Positions 50,759-60,587 of a stretch of DNA of 64,000 nt are shown piece after piece. Position 1 is the first letter of the stretch, and each line of letters opens with the position of its first letter. This stretch comes from an uncultured Pseudomonadota bacterium (lineage in GTDB: Bacteria; Bdellovibrionota_C; UBA2361; CALMIO01): NCBI GenBank assembly GCA_937864035.1, contig CALMIO010000003.1:14673-78672 (forward strand), read 5' to 3'. The notes beneath the pieces were generated by a model. It did no database searches. It saw only the letters and a program-made list of their open reading frames with translations, and had not been told where the DNA came from. Made by a program: the position numbers and the translations under genes.

Positions 50759-52204
50759 TTAACCGCCTTGATCAAGCGAATAACCTCTTTCATCTTCAAA
50801 CTGGTAGAGGTTTTCACTCTTGACTAGATCAACACCTTTTTGCGACAAACTTTCCATTAAACGCAAACAATCGGCAAACTTAATTTCTTGATCTCCCGCG
50901 CCCAAAAAACGACAGCGCCATTGATCTGTGAACAGCGTTTCTTTAATGCCTTCTGGCCAAACCTTGACGCCGCGATTTGATATTGTTTTTAAAGAAAGAG
51001 TCGTTTCTGTTGTTTTAAGCCGCGCTAGCAGATCATCTATCGAAGATGTTTTATAGTCGACAAACAGATCAATCCCAACTAATTTTTTTGTTGGACGTTT
51101 AGGATTGCTGGAGCTAATTAACGCCATATTGGTTGAGCTATCTCCTTTGATATTTGAAGAAGCAAGCTTACTTGGTGTCTGTCCAAGCCGCTTAATAACT
51201 TCAGCTGCGAACTCTTTGGTGCCTACTTTGGCGGCGCTCAAACCCTCTTGATAAATGTCGTAAGTATGGATGCCATCTTCGATTGTCTTGAGCCAAGCGT
51301 TTTGAACCTTGTTGGCTATCTCACCTTGTCCAATGTGAACCAGCATCAAAACGGCGGCTTGCAGAAGGCCGCTAGGGTTTGCCATATTTTGGCCAGCACG
51401 CCGAGGAGCTGACCCATGAATAGCTTCAAACATGGCGCAAGTCGCGCCGATATTTGAAGATCCAGCCAAGCCAACAGAGCCAGCGATCTGCGCGGCGACG
51501 TCGCTTAAAATATCTCCGTAAAGGTTTGGCATTACCACTACGTCGAAAACTTCCGGCGTGTCAGCAAGTTTGGCGGCGCCGATATCGACAATCCAATGTT
51601 CTTTTTCGAGGTTTGGATATTCAACTCCAATCTCATCAAAGATTTTATGAAAAAGGCCGTCTGTCATCTTCATAATGTTGTCTTTGGTAAAGCAGGTTAC
51701 TTTTTTCCTGCCGCTAGTTTTGGCGAATTCAAAGGCGTAACGAACTATTCTTTCGCAACCCTGTCTTGAAAATATTTTATGCGAACTGTAAATTTCGGCG
51801 CTTTGCCTGTATTCAATGCCGGCGTAAAGATCCTCTTCGTTTTCCCTAATAATAACAACATCCATACCTGGGTGTTTTGTTTGCACGAATGGCGCGAACG
51901 ATTTGCAAGGCCTGACGTTAGCAAATAATCCTAGGCTTTTTCTTACTGTGACGTTCAGGCTTTTAAATCCACCACCTTGCGGAGTGGTTACTGGAGCTTT
52001 AAGAAAAACTTTATGCTCTAACAATTTTTCCCAATCGGATGGTGTGATGCCGGCGTTAATGCCGCGCATGTATACCTTTTCGCCGATTTCGATCTCTACA
52101 GGATCAATTTTGGCGCCAGCGGTAGTGATGATATCAAGCGTTGCCGACATGATTTCTGGGCCAATTCCATCTCCGCGAGCGATTACTATTTTTTTACTTT
52201 GCAT
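50759..52204 (-). CDS. icd: Isocitrate dehydrogenase (IDH/IMDH family) with ~130-aa C-terminal extension
   Basis: 481 aa. N-terminal GDGIGPEIM, substrate and metal-binding blocks (NLYGDILSD; GSAPRRAGQN). The C-terminal 130 residues are not found in E. coli-type IDH. Confidence 0.85.
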   Translation of the reverse strand: MQSKKIVIARGDGIGPEIMSATLDIITTAGAKIDPVEIEIGEKVYMRGINAGITPSDWEKLLEHKVFLKAPVTTPQGGGFKSLNVTVRKSLGLFANVRPCKSFAPFVQTKHPGMDVVIIRENEEDLYAGIEYRQSAEIYSSHKIFSRQGCERIVRYAFEFAKTSGRKKVTCFTKDNIMKMTDGLFHKIFDEIGVEYPNLEKEHWIVDIGAAKLADTPEVFDVVVMPNLYGDILSDVAAQIAGSVGLAGSSNIGATCAMFEAIHGSAPRRAGQNMANPSGLLQAAVLMLVHIGQGEIANKVQNAWLKTIEDGIHTYDIYQEGLSAAKVGTKEFAAEVIKRLGQTPSKLASSNIKGDSSTNMALISSSNPKRPTKKLVGIDLFVDYKTSSIDDLLARLKTTETTLSLKTISNRGVKVWPEGIKETLFTDQWRCRFLGAGDQEIKFADCLRLMESLSQKGVDLVKSENLYQFEDERGYSLDQGG

Positions 52205-52424
52205 AAGCGCGCCCCATTAAATACATTTAAAGTTTACTAAACTTAGGTTTAATACAAATTATTTGGAGAGGTTATTGTAACTGAAGTATTCATAAAACAA
52301 AAGAGCCTCGCAGAATCCGTAATTTGAGAGAGTCTAGTCAACGAGCTATGGTTTTTATTTAAACCCTTTGTCTTTAAATTTTACTTTATTTGATCAGTTT
52401 TGGTTGTAAGGTTTGTTTTGCAAA

Positions 52425-53456
52425 TTATTTTATTGTTGTTACTCTGTTCCAAAAAACTTTTAGATCACCGTTAACTTCATCAAAAATATTTGAAAAAAAC
52501 GGGAATTTATGGTAGTATAAGTAAGTTTGCATAAGTTCAGCGTTATTCCCGCTGGTAAGAGGTGGTCTGAAATCAACCTCTTGTTTTTGCCAACTTTCGC
52601 TCCAAAGCTCAAAAGCCTCTTTTTTTCTGTGTATTTTCTCCTCTGCCGTAATATTAGAGTTAAAAATTTCACTGAATGTTTTGTATAACTCGACAATCCG
52701 TTCGGCGATTATTAGAGATCGTTCGATGCGCTTTTTGGCTTTCTTTACCAGTTCCTCATATTTTACCAAACAATCTTGCCGCGAAACGGAGCGCTCTTTT
52801 AGTTTGTTCTTGTAAAATAACAATGCCGCTTGCAATCCAAAAAAGTGCGCTAAGCCCTCGTTAAAAACGGCGTCGTTTTTCTTCCAAAAGGTGCGATGAG
52901 CTAACTCGTGCAAGATAGTTTCGGTGAAAGCCAGTTCGTCAGAGTGTATAAAGGTGCTCAGTAAAGGATCGTTAAAATATCCAAGCGAACTGTAAGCGGT
53001 TACTGGTCTTATAGAGATTTCGTAGCCCAACTCTCGCAGTTTTCCCGCTTCTTTGAGCGCATCTTCTTTTGAGAAAAATCCTTTGTAAGGAATTTGTCCA
53101 ACTATTGGGAAATGCCACCGTTTGGTTTCAAACGAGTCTGGCTTAACTGCCACTAATAGCCAACTTAAAGCATCTTGTTTTAGATCGACGTAACTTGTGT
53201 AAGCTCGATCGACTTTAAGATTTAAATAGAATTTGGCGTAATTGCGGATCTCGGCGGCAAGCTCAAAGCGCTCTCTGATTCTCTGATTAAGATTTTTTTC
53301 TTTTAGCAGTCGTTCGATTTTTTCTCTTTGCCAGAGAATACGAGCTTGTTGGTAACCACTGCTTGCTAAATAACCGATTCCGCCACAACTCATGCTCAGC
53401 ATTATCAAGGCGATCGCGCCTCCATAAAGCAGTCGGCGGGAAAGGAGGCTCTTCAT
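52425..53456 (-). CDS. Putative zinc metallo-aminopeptidase (HExxH; predicted-aminopeptidase family lipoprotein)
   Basis: 343 aa. Signal with Cys (MLSMSCGG), then HELAH followed by a downstream Glu (EGLAH). The architecture is like the Aminopep family. Confidence 0.65.
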   Translation of the reverse strand: MKSLLSRRLLYGGAIALIMLSMSCGGIGYLASSGYQQARILWQREKIERLLKEKNLNQRIRERFELAAEIRNYAKFYLNLKVDRAYTSYVDLKQDALSWLLVAVKPDSFETKRWHFPIVGQIPYKGFFSKEDALKEAGKLRELGYEISIRPVTAYSSLGYFNDPLLSTFIHSDELAFTETILHELAHRTFWKKNDAVFNEGLAHFFGLQAALLFYKNKLKERSVSRQDCLVKYEELVKKAKKRIERSLIIAERIVELYKTFSEIFNSNITAEEKIHRKKEAFELWSESWQKQEVDFRPPLTSGNNAELMQTYLYYHKFPFFSNIFDEVNGDLKVFWNRVTTIK

Positions 53457-54601
53457 CGGGTATTATTAGTAATCGTTGATTGGCTATTTTGTTGTAAAGC
53501 GCGAGCCCGCTCTCCTTCTAGGTCAATCGTTTTTGCGGAGGTGTATGATGGATAACGTAGTGAAAACAGTTCAGAGCTAATAAGTTGTTTGATTATTGGC
53601 ATTGTTGTTAGATCTTGTTTTGGGAATTCCGCCACGAAGAGCGCGAAATTTTCTGATTTATTTACTGCCTTACTAAACAAGATTCGGTGATCTTGATTCA
53701 TAAATATTCCATCATAAATTGTGCCACTCCCAAGATTAAGATTTATAATTTTACTGGTGTCTAACTGGTAAATCCCCAAGCTAACGTCATCTAGCAAACC
53801 GTACGAGAAAACCAATAAGCGGCTGTTTGTTGACCAACTGGCGCGGCAATAAGTTTTAATACCGCCAAGTGGACAATTTTCAAGGCGCGTATTCAGATCT
53901 AACAGACACACATCCCAGCCGGGCCAAAAGCGGTTGGTTGTGTATGAAATAATCTGATTATTAGGAGAGAGACGAGGAGTTGAGTTGCGGCCCTTAAAGG
54001 ATGTCAGTTGAATGATTTTGCCTGAGACGATTTCAAATTGTTTTACGTTGGCGTCTCGTCCGCGACCGCCGCTTTCGGAGACAAAGAGTATGTTTTTACC
54101 ATCTGCGCTCCAGCTTGGATGATCTTCCGGGGCTTTGCTTTGAGTCGCGCTTTTTTGATTGCCGCCAAACCAGCTTGCCGTAAAGATTTGGTTATGGCCG
54201 TTGCGATTAGAAACGAAAGCTAGCTGTTTGCCGTCAGGAGCCCAAGTTGGGTAAAAATTATTAGCTTGTTCTTGGATAATCAAAGAACGCACTTTTCGAT
54301 CGTCGAGATCTAAGACAAAAATCCCGCTCCAGCCATCATTTAATTCCGCCGTAAAGGCTAGTAATCCACTTAAACCGTTTGTTTCTCCGATCTGAAAAAG
54401 CTCACTTAATCGTTCCGAATCAAGTTTTACAATTTCTACTGCTTTAAGTTGGGGTTGAGAAGCTGATTGGTTGGTTGAGTTGATGGCAGAGCTAGCTTGC
54501 GACAATTGTTGTTTATCTTCGGCTAAAATTGCCAAAGGAGTTAAGGGAGCCAAATTGGAAAAGAGGCTTATTAAAAATATGGCGAAATTGAGATGTTTCA
54601 T
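53453..54601 (-). CDS. TolB-like periplasmic beta-propeller protein (PD40/WD40-like repeats)
   Basis: Signal peptide and repeated PD40 motifs (PTWAPDGKQLAFVSNRNGHNQIF; PSWSADGKNILFVSE; PRLSPNNQIISYTTNR). Overlaps the upstream gene by 4 bp. Confidence 0.75.
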   Translation of the reverse strand: MKHLNFAIFLISLFSNLAPLTPLAILAEDKQQLSQASSAINSTNQSASQPQLKAVEIVKLDSERLSELFQIGETNGLSGLLAFTAELNDGWSGIFVLDLDDRKVRSLIIQEQANNFYPTWAPDGKQLAFVSNRNGHNQIFTASWFGGNQKSATQSKAPEDHPSWSADGKNILFVSESGGRGRDANVKQFEIVSGKIIQLTSFKGRNSTPRLSPNNQIISYTTNRFWPGWDVCLLDLNTRLENCPLGGIKTYCRASWSTNSRLLVFSYGLLDDVSLGIYQLDTSKIINLNLGSGTIYDGIFMNQDHRILFSKAVNKSENFALFVAEFPKQDLTTMPIIKQLISSELFSLRYPSYTSAKTIDLEGERARALQQNSQSTITNNTR

Positions 54602-54819
54602 AGGTTTTTCAAAGGAATTTCGATTTTTATCTTATTAGCGGCGAGTTTTATTCCAAGTAGTGGTTGATCGATAAGGTAGAGCGATTTTGCTAAGCAAAAT
54701 ACTCTAGAAATATTAAAATAGCTCTCTAGTTTCTAAAAGAGATTATAAATAACTTAGCTTTTTGTTGACTTCGAGCGGCTAGAATTGCTATAAGTCACTT
54801 AAAGTATATTGCTTGCTAG

Positions 54820-55992
54820 TTGACCATTCCGGTCAAAATTACGGTTTCTAAAGGGTTATTGTATATGAATGAAGATAATCAAAGTGGCGATCTAAAAGTT
54901 TCCTCAATCGGCGGGTCCCAAACCGGTACTGGTGGTCAAATAAGCGTCGATAATCTTAACTCGCAACTGATTGGTTCTCAAATTCTTGCCCCTACGGTTA
55001 GCGCGCGTGGCACGATTGACGGAGTGGTTCTGCGGCTTGATGGTCGTGGTGGCATAGAGAAGCTTGAACGTTCTTTGAATGATTTTTTGCTAGAGCGCGC
55101 CGCTTATTTTACTGGTAGCGAGGTTTCTCTTGAATGGGTCGGAATTCGCCCAAACGATGAGATTTTAGAGAAAATAACCTCTCTGCTAAAAGAGAAGTTT
55201 AATATTACCGTTAAAACATCGGGCGTTCGAGAGAAAAGAAGGGTGGGGGTTAATGATCCTGTTCGTGCCGCTCAGGAGTTTAGCGATCAAGCCGATAATA
55301 GGCAATCTGAAGAGAGAAATCAGCATGGGTTTTTCAGCTCCTCTGGTTTTACCAAAAATCAAAGCGCAAGCGCGGCTACTTTTAACAATCACGCTAGAAC
55401 TATGACACCATCATCAAACGTAGATTTTTCTAAGAGCGAGTTAAAAGTTGATCGTGTTGCTGGAGCTGATATGTTTCCCAGAATTCGCGGTTACAACCAG
55501 ACGACTCGCCCTACTGATTCTTCAAGGCGATATGAAACTTCTTTAGTTGAAAATCAGCTTGCTGGCAGTTTTGATACCTATGAGGAGGAGAAAACTCCTT
55601 TTTCGCTTGCTTGGTGGGATGAAGCTGATGCTCGTGTGTTGTACGCGACTTTGAGGTCTGGTCAAAAGATAGAATCTGAGCACACAGTAGTTGTTATAGG
55701 CGACGTTAATCCGGGCGCTGAGGTTGTGGCTGGCGGGGATATTATTGTTTTGGGGCATTTGCTTGGATTGGCTCATGCGGGCGCATATGATGAGACTGGA
55801 GGAGGAAGGATAATTATCGCTTTGAATTTTCAACCCACGCAGATTAGGATAGGTTCTCTAATCTCTCGTGGTGGAGGTGATAGTCGGAGCAAGTTCAGTG
55901 GCTTCGCGGCTCCTGAAATTGCTAAAATAGAGAGCGGGGAAATAATCGTTGAGCCCTTCCAATCAAAGTCGCAATTTGCTAAAAAGAGCTGA
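54820..55992 (+). CDS. minC: Septum site-determining protein MinC (long form)
   Basis: The C-terminal beta-helix dimerisation domain (VVIGDVNPGAEVVAGGDIIVLGHLLGLAHAG) matches MinC-C. It lies directly upstream of minD-minE. At 390 aa it has an unusually long S/T/N-rich linker. The start may instead be the ATG at 54865. Confidence 0.8.
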   Translation: MTIPVKITVSKGLLYMNEDNQSGDLKVSSIGGSQTGTGGQISVDNLNSQLIGSQILAPTVSARGTIDGVVLRLDGRGGIEKLERSLNDFLLERAAYFTGSEVSLEWVGIRPNDEILEKITSLLKEKFNITVKTSGVREKRRVGVNDPVRAAQEFSDQADNRQSEERNQHGFFSSSGFTKNQSASAATFNNHARTMTPSSNVDFSKSELKVDRVAGADMFPRIRGYNQTTRPTDSSRRYETSLVENQLAGSFDTYEEEKTPFSLAWWDEADARVLYATLRSGQKIESEHTVVVIGDVNPGAEVVAGGDIIVLGHLLGLAHAGAYDETGGGRIIIALNFQPTQIRIGSLISRGGGDSRSKFSGFAAPEIAKIESGEIIVEPFQSKSQFAKKS

Positions 55993-56018
55993 TAATTTCA
56001 TATTGGTAAAAAAGAGCA

Positions 56019-56840
56019 ATGAATATCAAAAATGGCATAAATAAGAAGAGCGAAGGCGAGATATATGTGGTTACTTCTGGTAAAGGCGGTGTTGGCAAAA
56101 CAACCACTACCGCTAGCCTTGGTGCGGCGCTAGCCCTGCGTGGCAAGAGGGTGTTGGTGGTTGATGCTGATATCGGCCTGCGAAATCTTGACGTAATCTT
56201 GGGTCTTGAAAATCGGATTGTTTTTAATCTGGTCGATGTTGCTAAGCAGATCTGTAAACCTTCACAAGCTTTGATTAAATCAAAAAAATCAAACAATCTC
56301 TTTTTGTTGCCTGCGTCGCAAACTGACGATAAAGATGTTGTTACTGAAGACGAGGTCCGCTCGGTACTTGATCAATTTAGGCGGGAGTTTCATTTTATTT
56401 TGGTTGACTCTCCGGCTGGTATAGAGCAAGGATTTCGCAACGCTTGCGCTGGAGCCGATAAAGCGTTGGTGATTACGACTCCGGAGATTCCGGCGATTCG
56501 CGATGCTGATCGGGTTATTGGCTTGTTAAGCGCCAAAAGTGTTGAACCACGGTTGATTATCAACAGGATTGATTTTGATATGGTTCGGCGCGGCGATATG
56601 CTTTCGGTAGAAGATGTGCAGGATATTTTGGGAATTGAATTACTCGGAGTTATCGAAAGAGACGAGAATGTTATTGTTGCCGCTAATAATGGTGAGCCAG
56701 TGGCTTATAATCCTAAATCCAAAGCTGGTCAAGCATTCAGCAGGATTGCTGGCAGAATGTGTGGAGAAGATATTCCGATAGAGGATTTTTCAAACAATGG
56801 ATTTTGGGGGCGTCTTACTCGTAGGCTTGGGGTAGGGTAA
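56019..56840 (+). CDS. minD: Septum site-determining ATPase MinD
   Basis: Deviant Walker A (VVTSGKGGVGKTTTTASLG), the conserved DxD/GLRNLD switch region, and a C-terminal amphipathic membrane-targeting helix. Confidence 0.95.
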   Translation: MNIKNGINKKSEGEIYVVTSGKGGVGKTTTTASLGAALALRGKRVLVVDADIGLRNLDVILGLENRIVFNLVDVAKQICKPSQALIKSKKSNNLFLLPASQTDDKDVVTEDEVRSVLDQFRREFHFILVDSPAGIEQGFRNACAGADKALVITTPEIPAIRDADRVIGLLSAKSVEPRLIINRIDFDMVRRGDMLSVEDVQDILGIELLGVIERDENVIVAANNGEPVAYNPKSKAGQAFSRIAGRMCGEDIPIEDFSNNGFWGRLTRRLGVG

Positions 56841-56890
56841 TTTTTAGGGATGGCGAAAAAACAGCTTGGCGGTGTACCCTAGGAGGACTT

Positions 56891-57301
56891 ATGTTTGGAT
56901 TGTTTAAAAAGATAGTCACTAATGGCAAAGTTGCCAGCAAAGATAACGCTCGTAGTCGTTTGCATCTTGTTTTAGTGCAAGATCGCACTGGTCTCTCAAC
57001 TCAAGAGATGTCGAGGTTCAAAGAGGAATTAGTAGAGGTTTTTAAGCGTTATTTTCTCTTTGACGAGCGCACCTTTGACATAAATTACCGGCGCGAGCGC
57101 GATATGACAACCCTTTCGATCAATTCTCCGGTTAAGGTACGTCGTGGAACTTCGGTTGGTAGCAAATCTTTAAGTTCTATTAAAAAACCTCTCCTTGAAA
57201 AAGAGGTAACCATTGATAATCCTTCCGCAACTAGAACTCTTTCCGGACAAGCCTCAGATATTAATTTGCAAGAGAGTAATCAAAATCCCAAGATAGAATA
57301 A
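56891..57301 (+). CDS. minE: Cell-division topological specificity factor MinE (with C-terminal extension)
   Basis: The N-terminus (MFGLFKKIV..KDNARSRLHLVLVQDR) matches MinE. At 136 aa it is longer than the usual ~90 aa and carries a ~45-aa S/T-rich tail. Confidence 0.85.
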   Translation: MFGLFKKIVTNGKVASKDNARSRLHLVLVQDRTGLSTQEMSRFKEELVEVFKRYFLFDERTFDINYRRERDMTTLSINSPVKVRRGTSVGSKSLSSIKKPLLEKEVTIDNPSATRTLSGQASDINLQESNQNPKIE

Positions 57302-57354
57302 GATCTTCCAGCGTCGTCGCGTTTTTTTCGGATTAAACTCTTTAACGCAATTTG

Positions 57355-57681
57355 CTAACAAACCGAATTGATCCACTCCCAGTAACCTGTAGAGAGGTCA
57401 TCAGCTTTAATTATAACTATTTCCGGTGTTGTATATGGGTGTAGCTCTAGAATTCTTTGTTTGAGTTGATTAGCTGATTCGCTCTTTGATTTGATAATAC
57501 AAAGAACTTCCGCTGATTTTTCAACAACCCCCTTCCAGCGATAGATTGATTGAATTGGAAGTAGTTGTATGCAGGCCGCTAACTGTTCGTTAATCAAAAC
57601 TTCTCCGATTCTTTCGGCAGTTTGTGTATCAGCAAAAGTTGTTAGTGTAACAATTAACCGAGTGTGATTGTCAGTAGTCAT
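57355..57681 (-). CDS. cutA: Divalent-cation tolerance protein CutA
   Basis: 108 aa with the CutA1 signature (LAACIQLLPIQSIYRWKG....ELHPYTTPEI). Confidence 0.85.
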   Translation of the reverse strand: MTTDNHTRLIVTLTTFADTQTAERIGEVLINEQLAACIQLLPIQSIYRWKGVVEKSAEVLCIIKSKSESANQLKQRILELHPYTTPEIVIIKADDLSTGYWEWINSVC

Positions 57682-58648
57682 TTTTTAACTCTTCCTGAAT
57701 AGATTTTTTCTCTAAAGATTTTTTTCTTATATTTGGCTTTTGCTTGGTAATTGATGTTGGCGTTTTTTTCTGATTTATTTCGGCTTTCTTCAAGCTATAT
57801 TGAGCCTCATCGTATCTATCGCGAGCGTCTGGCAATAATTGATGAAGTTGTTTTAGGCGAGCCGCGTTTGATGGATGGGTCGATAAAAAGGCAAAGGTTT
57901 CGTTTCGTAGATCAGGGTCATTTTTAGCGCGTTCCCAAAATCTCACAGCTTCTTCCGGATCATATCCAGCGTCAGCCGCTATAAATAAACCGATCCGATC
58001 GGCTTCCAGCTCTTTTATTTGCAAATTTGGGTTTAAAACTATTGCTTCTACAGTGTTGCGGAGCAAAAATTCTGCTAAATCGCCCAGTGGTCCATAGCCG
58101 CGGCTGTATAAAATTTGACCACCGATAATGCCAGCAATGCCAGCAAAAATTCTGCCAACCTCTTCGTGAGGATCAGCGGCGGTGTGGCCAGCTAAAACGT
58201 GGGCGATTTCATGCGCCAAAATAGCCGCTAGTTCGCTATCTGATATTGCCGCTTTGACCATGCCGCTCCAAATAAATATGTAATTGCCCCTAGTGGCAGA
58301 GGCGTTTTTAATTCGATCATCTTCAAAAAGATGCACCTGCCATGGATTTTGATTAACCATTGCCGCTTTTGTTAAACGATCAGTTATATCGCGCACGCGG
58401 TTAATCATATCATCGTTTCGGCTTAGTTGATATTGATTGCCAAGCTCGCTAAATACTGTTTGCCCATATTGTTCGTCGGTCGCTGATAAATAGTGTTGTG
58501 TTGGTATTTGTCCGGGTTGATATTTGAAATTTCTGGTCGCGCAAGCGGTAAGGCTGAAAAGCAAAATTATTTTTAAACAATTGGCGATTTTAAAGCTGAG
58601 TCGCGTGGTTAGTCGATCAGTTAGCCAATCCAATTTTTTTTTGGTCAT
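57671..58648 (-). CDS. M48-family zinc metalloprotease lipoprotein (BepA/YcaL-like)
   Basis: HEIAHVLAGH (HExxH) and lipoprotein signal (ILLFSLTAC). The start is set at ATG 58646-58648 (MTKKK...), which forms an ATGA overlap with the stop of the upstream gene. The track ORF extends 41 codons further upstream without a signal peptide. It overlaps cutA by 11 bp. Confidence 0.85.
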   Translation of the reverse strand: MTKKKLDWLTDRLTTRLSFKIANCLKIILLFSLTACATRNFKYQPGQIPTQHYLSATDEQYGQTVFSELGNQYQLSRNDDMINRVRDITDRLTKAAMVNQNPWQVHLFEDDRIKNASATRGNYIFIWSGMVKAAISDSELAAILAHEIAHVLAGHTAADPHEEVGRIFAGIAGIIGGQILYSRGYGPLGDLAEFLLRNTVEAIVLNPNLQIKELEADRIGLFIAADAGYDPEEAVRFWERAKNDPDLRNETFAFLSTHPSNAARLKQLHQLLPDARDRYDEAQYSLKKAEINQKKTPTSITKQKPNIRKKSLEKKSIQEELKNDY

Positions 58649-59097
58649 CAGTTGAAAAGAGAAAATGCTCCGAAAAATGCAGGAACATAACGGAGAAATG
58701 TTTGTGGCCTCCGCTTGCAAATTAAAGTTAAATCCGTAATTGTTGGCGCATAAAACGGAAAACACTCCCAACGCTCTTGCCCAAGGGCAGACAATGATTT
58801 TTGTAATCCTAACTCGTTTTGAGCTTTTGGCATTACCACTTTGTATTCCCAGACAAAGAGCTTAGAGAGTTGTTCGTTAGTTAGTTGTGATAGCTTTGTA
58901 CTGCCATCGGTTGCGAATTCGTAAGCTTGCTCAAGAATATCTTTGCCGTTAGAGCTAGTTAAATTAGAATTATCTGAAGCTGAAGTTGAATCCTTTTTGC
59001 AACTAATGACACTTAAAGTAAAAATACAAAACGCCAAAGAAGTTAGAGGTAGTTTTTGTAGAGTTCCGCGGTGAAAAATAGATATTAAATGGCGCAT
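58648..59097 (-). CDS. Hypothetical lipoprotein (149 aa)
   Basis: Signal peptide with lipobox (FTLSVISC). Its stop overlaps the start of the M48 protease gene (ATGA), suggesting translational coupling. Confidence 0.6.
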   Translation of the reverse strand: MRHLISIFHRGTLQKLPLTSLAFCIFTLSVISCKKDSTSASDNSNLTSSNGKDILEQAYEFATDGSTKLSQLTNEQLSKLFVWEYKVVMPKAQNELGLQKSLSALGQERWECFPFYAPTITDLTLICKRRPQTFLRYVPAFFGAFSLFN

Positions 59098-59216
59098 ACT
59101 CTTTAAATATAGGATATCTCGATTTATTAAGTAATTTATTGTACTCTATATTCTTAAAAAATTCCAATAAAATCGCATTAGCTTGGAGTAGTTTTATAAA
59201 AAAAATTTAATAAACG

Positions 59217-60587
59217 GTGGTAAAAAAGGTTCATTACACAATAGAACTGATTGAGATTTCCAAAAGTTTTAAGCGACTTAATTTTGCTAACAAGCGCTCT
59301 TATACGACCTTGAAATCTTTTTTTTTAAACCCTTGGAAAACTCTCTTTGACGATCGATCTGTTAAACGTGTTGCTGTACAGAACATTACTATGAGAGTGC
59401 CAAGAGGCGCCTCTGTTGGGGTCATTGGCAGAAATGGTTCTGGCAAATCAACGCTTTTAAAGTTGATTACTGGAATATATAGGCCAGATAGCGGTCGGAT
59501 TAATGTTCATGGGCGGGTGGCGGCGCTAATTGAGCTTGGAGCTGGTTTTCATCCTGATTTTACCGGGCGTGAAAATGTTATCTTGGGTGGTTTAATGCAT
59601 GGCTTGAGCCGCCTTCAGATTGAGGAGCGTTTGGAGGAAATTATAGCTTTTGCCGAACTTGAAGAAGCAATTGACGAACCAATTCGTTGTTATTCTTCCG
59701 GTATGTTTATGCGACTTGGTTTTAGTTTAGCTGTGCATACAGATCCGGATATTTTGATTATTGATGAGGTGTTGTCGGTTGGGGACGAGGCTTTTGTTCG
59801 TAAATGTAAAGAGCGAGTAGCGGCGTTGAAAGCCGCTGGCAAAACTTTATTGTTAGTTACTCACGATTTAGAGGCGGCTCTGCGCTGGTGCGATGAGGTT
59901 ATTTGGCTTGATCATGGAGAGATTAAAGATCGCGGTGATCCAAGGAGGGTTATTGACGCTTATCGAGGTTTTTTGGAAAAGGGAGAAGAGCAACAGCTTT
60001 CAGAGAAAAACAGGCAAACAGATCATTATAATACAAACCTATTAGATGATCAAGAAAAATCGGTCGCTTTTGTCGAGCAAAATGAATTAAGCGACTCCTT
60101 TAATTCTGATTTTGCTAATGCGTTTGGTGTTTCTGGAGGCGCCATCAGCCTAGCTGAGTTTAAGAGGTGGGGAAGTCGTGAGCTTGAAATACGGGCGGTT
60201 GAACTTTTGGATCAGGCTGGCCAACAACGTGCTTTGTTTCATGGCGGCGATGTTATGATAATTAAGATTATTTATAAGCAAAACGAGATTGTTGATGATT
60301 ATCATTTTGGGATAGCAATTCGCCGCAATGATGGCCTAATGGTATTTGGCACAAACACTTTGATAGAGGGCCAAACAATTATTATTAAAAATGATGGTGT
60401 CATTACTATCGAATTAAAGGATTTTTCTCTGCTGGAGGGAAGTTATCTGCTTGATGTTGCCGTTCATCGCTCCGATGGATATCCATATGATTATCATTCG
60501 GCTGTTTTGCATTTTGCCGTTCGTTCAGAGAAGCCTCGCATTGGAGTTTGTGCTCCGATTTTAACATGGGAGGTTGGGCAATTATGA
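59217..60587 (+). CDS. wzt: Polysaccharide/O-antigen export ABC transporter ATP-binding protein (Wzt/TagH-like) with C-terminal glycan-binding domain
   Basis: Walker A GRNGSGKST, signature YSSGMFMRLGFS, Walker B ILIIDEV. About 200 aa lie beyond the nucleotide-binding domain, as in Wzt proteins that recognise a terminal modification. Confidence 0.85.
   Translation: MVKKVHYTIELIEISKSFKRLNFANKRSYTTLKSFFLNPWKTLFDDRSVKRVAVQNITMRVPRGASVGVIGRNGSGKSTLLKLITGIYRPDSGRINVHGRVAALIELGAGFHPDFTGRENVILGGLMHGLSRLQIEERLEEIIAFAELEEAIDEPIRCYSSGMFMRLGFSLAVHTDPDILIIDEVLSVGDEAFVRKCKERVAALKAAGKTLLLVTHDLEAALRWCDEVIWLDHGEIKDRGDPRRVIDAYRGFLEKGEEQQLSEKNRQTDHYNTNLLDDQEKSVAFVEQNELSDSFNSDFANAFGVSGGAISLAEFKRWGSRELEIRAVELLDQAGQQRALFHGGDVMIIKIIYKQNEIVDDYHFGIAIRRNDGLMVFGTNTLIEGQTIIIKNDGVITIELKDFSLLEGSYLLDVAVHRSDGYPYDYHSAVLHFAVRSEKPRIGVCAPILTWEVGQL

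Noticed and set aside
57671-58771. Full-length 366-aa track ORF for the M48 protease, including 41 N-terminal codons that overlap the upstream lipoprotein gene
   Set aside because: The extension lacks a signal peptide and overlaps the upstream gene by 124 bp in another frame. The internal ATG at 58648 gives a lipobox signal (LTAC) and an ATGA coupling overlap, so the shorter form was annotated.
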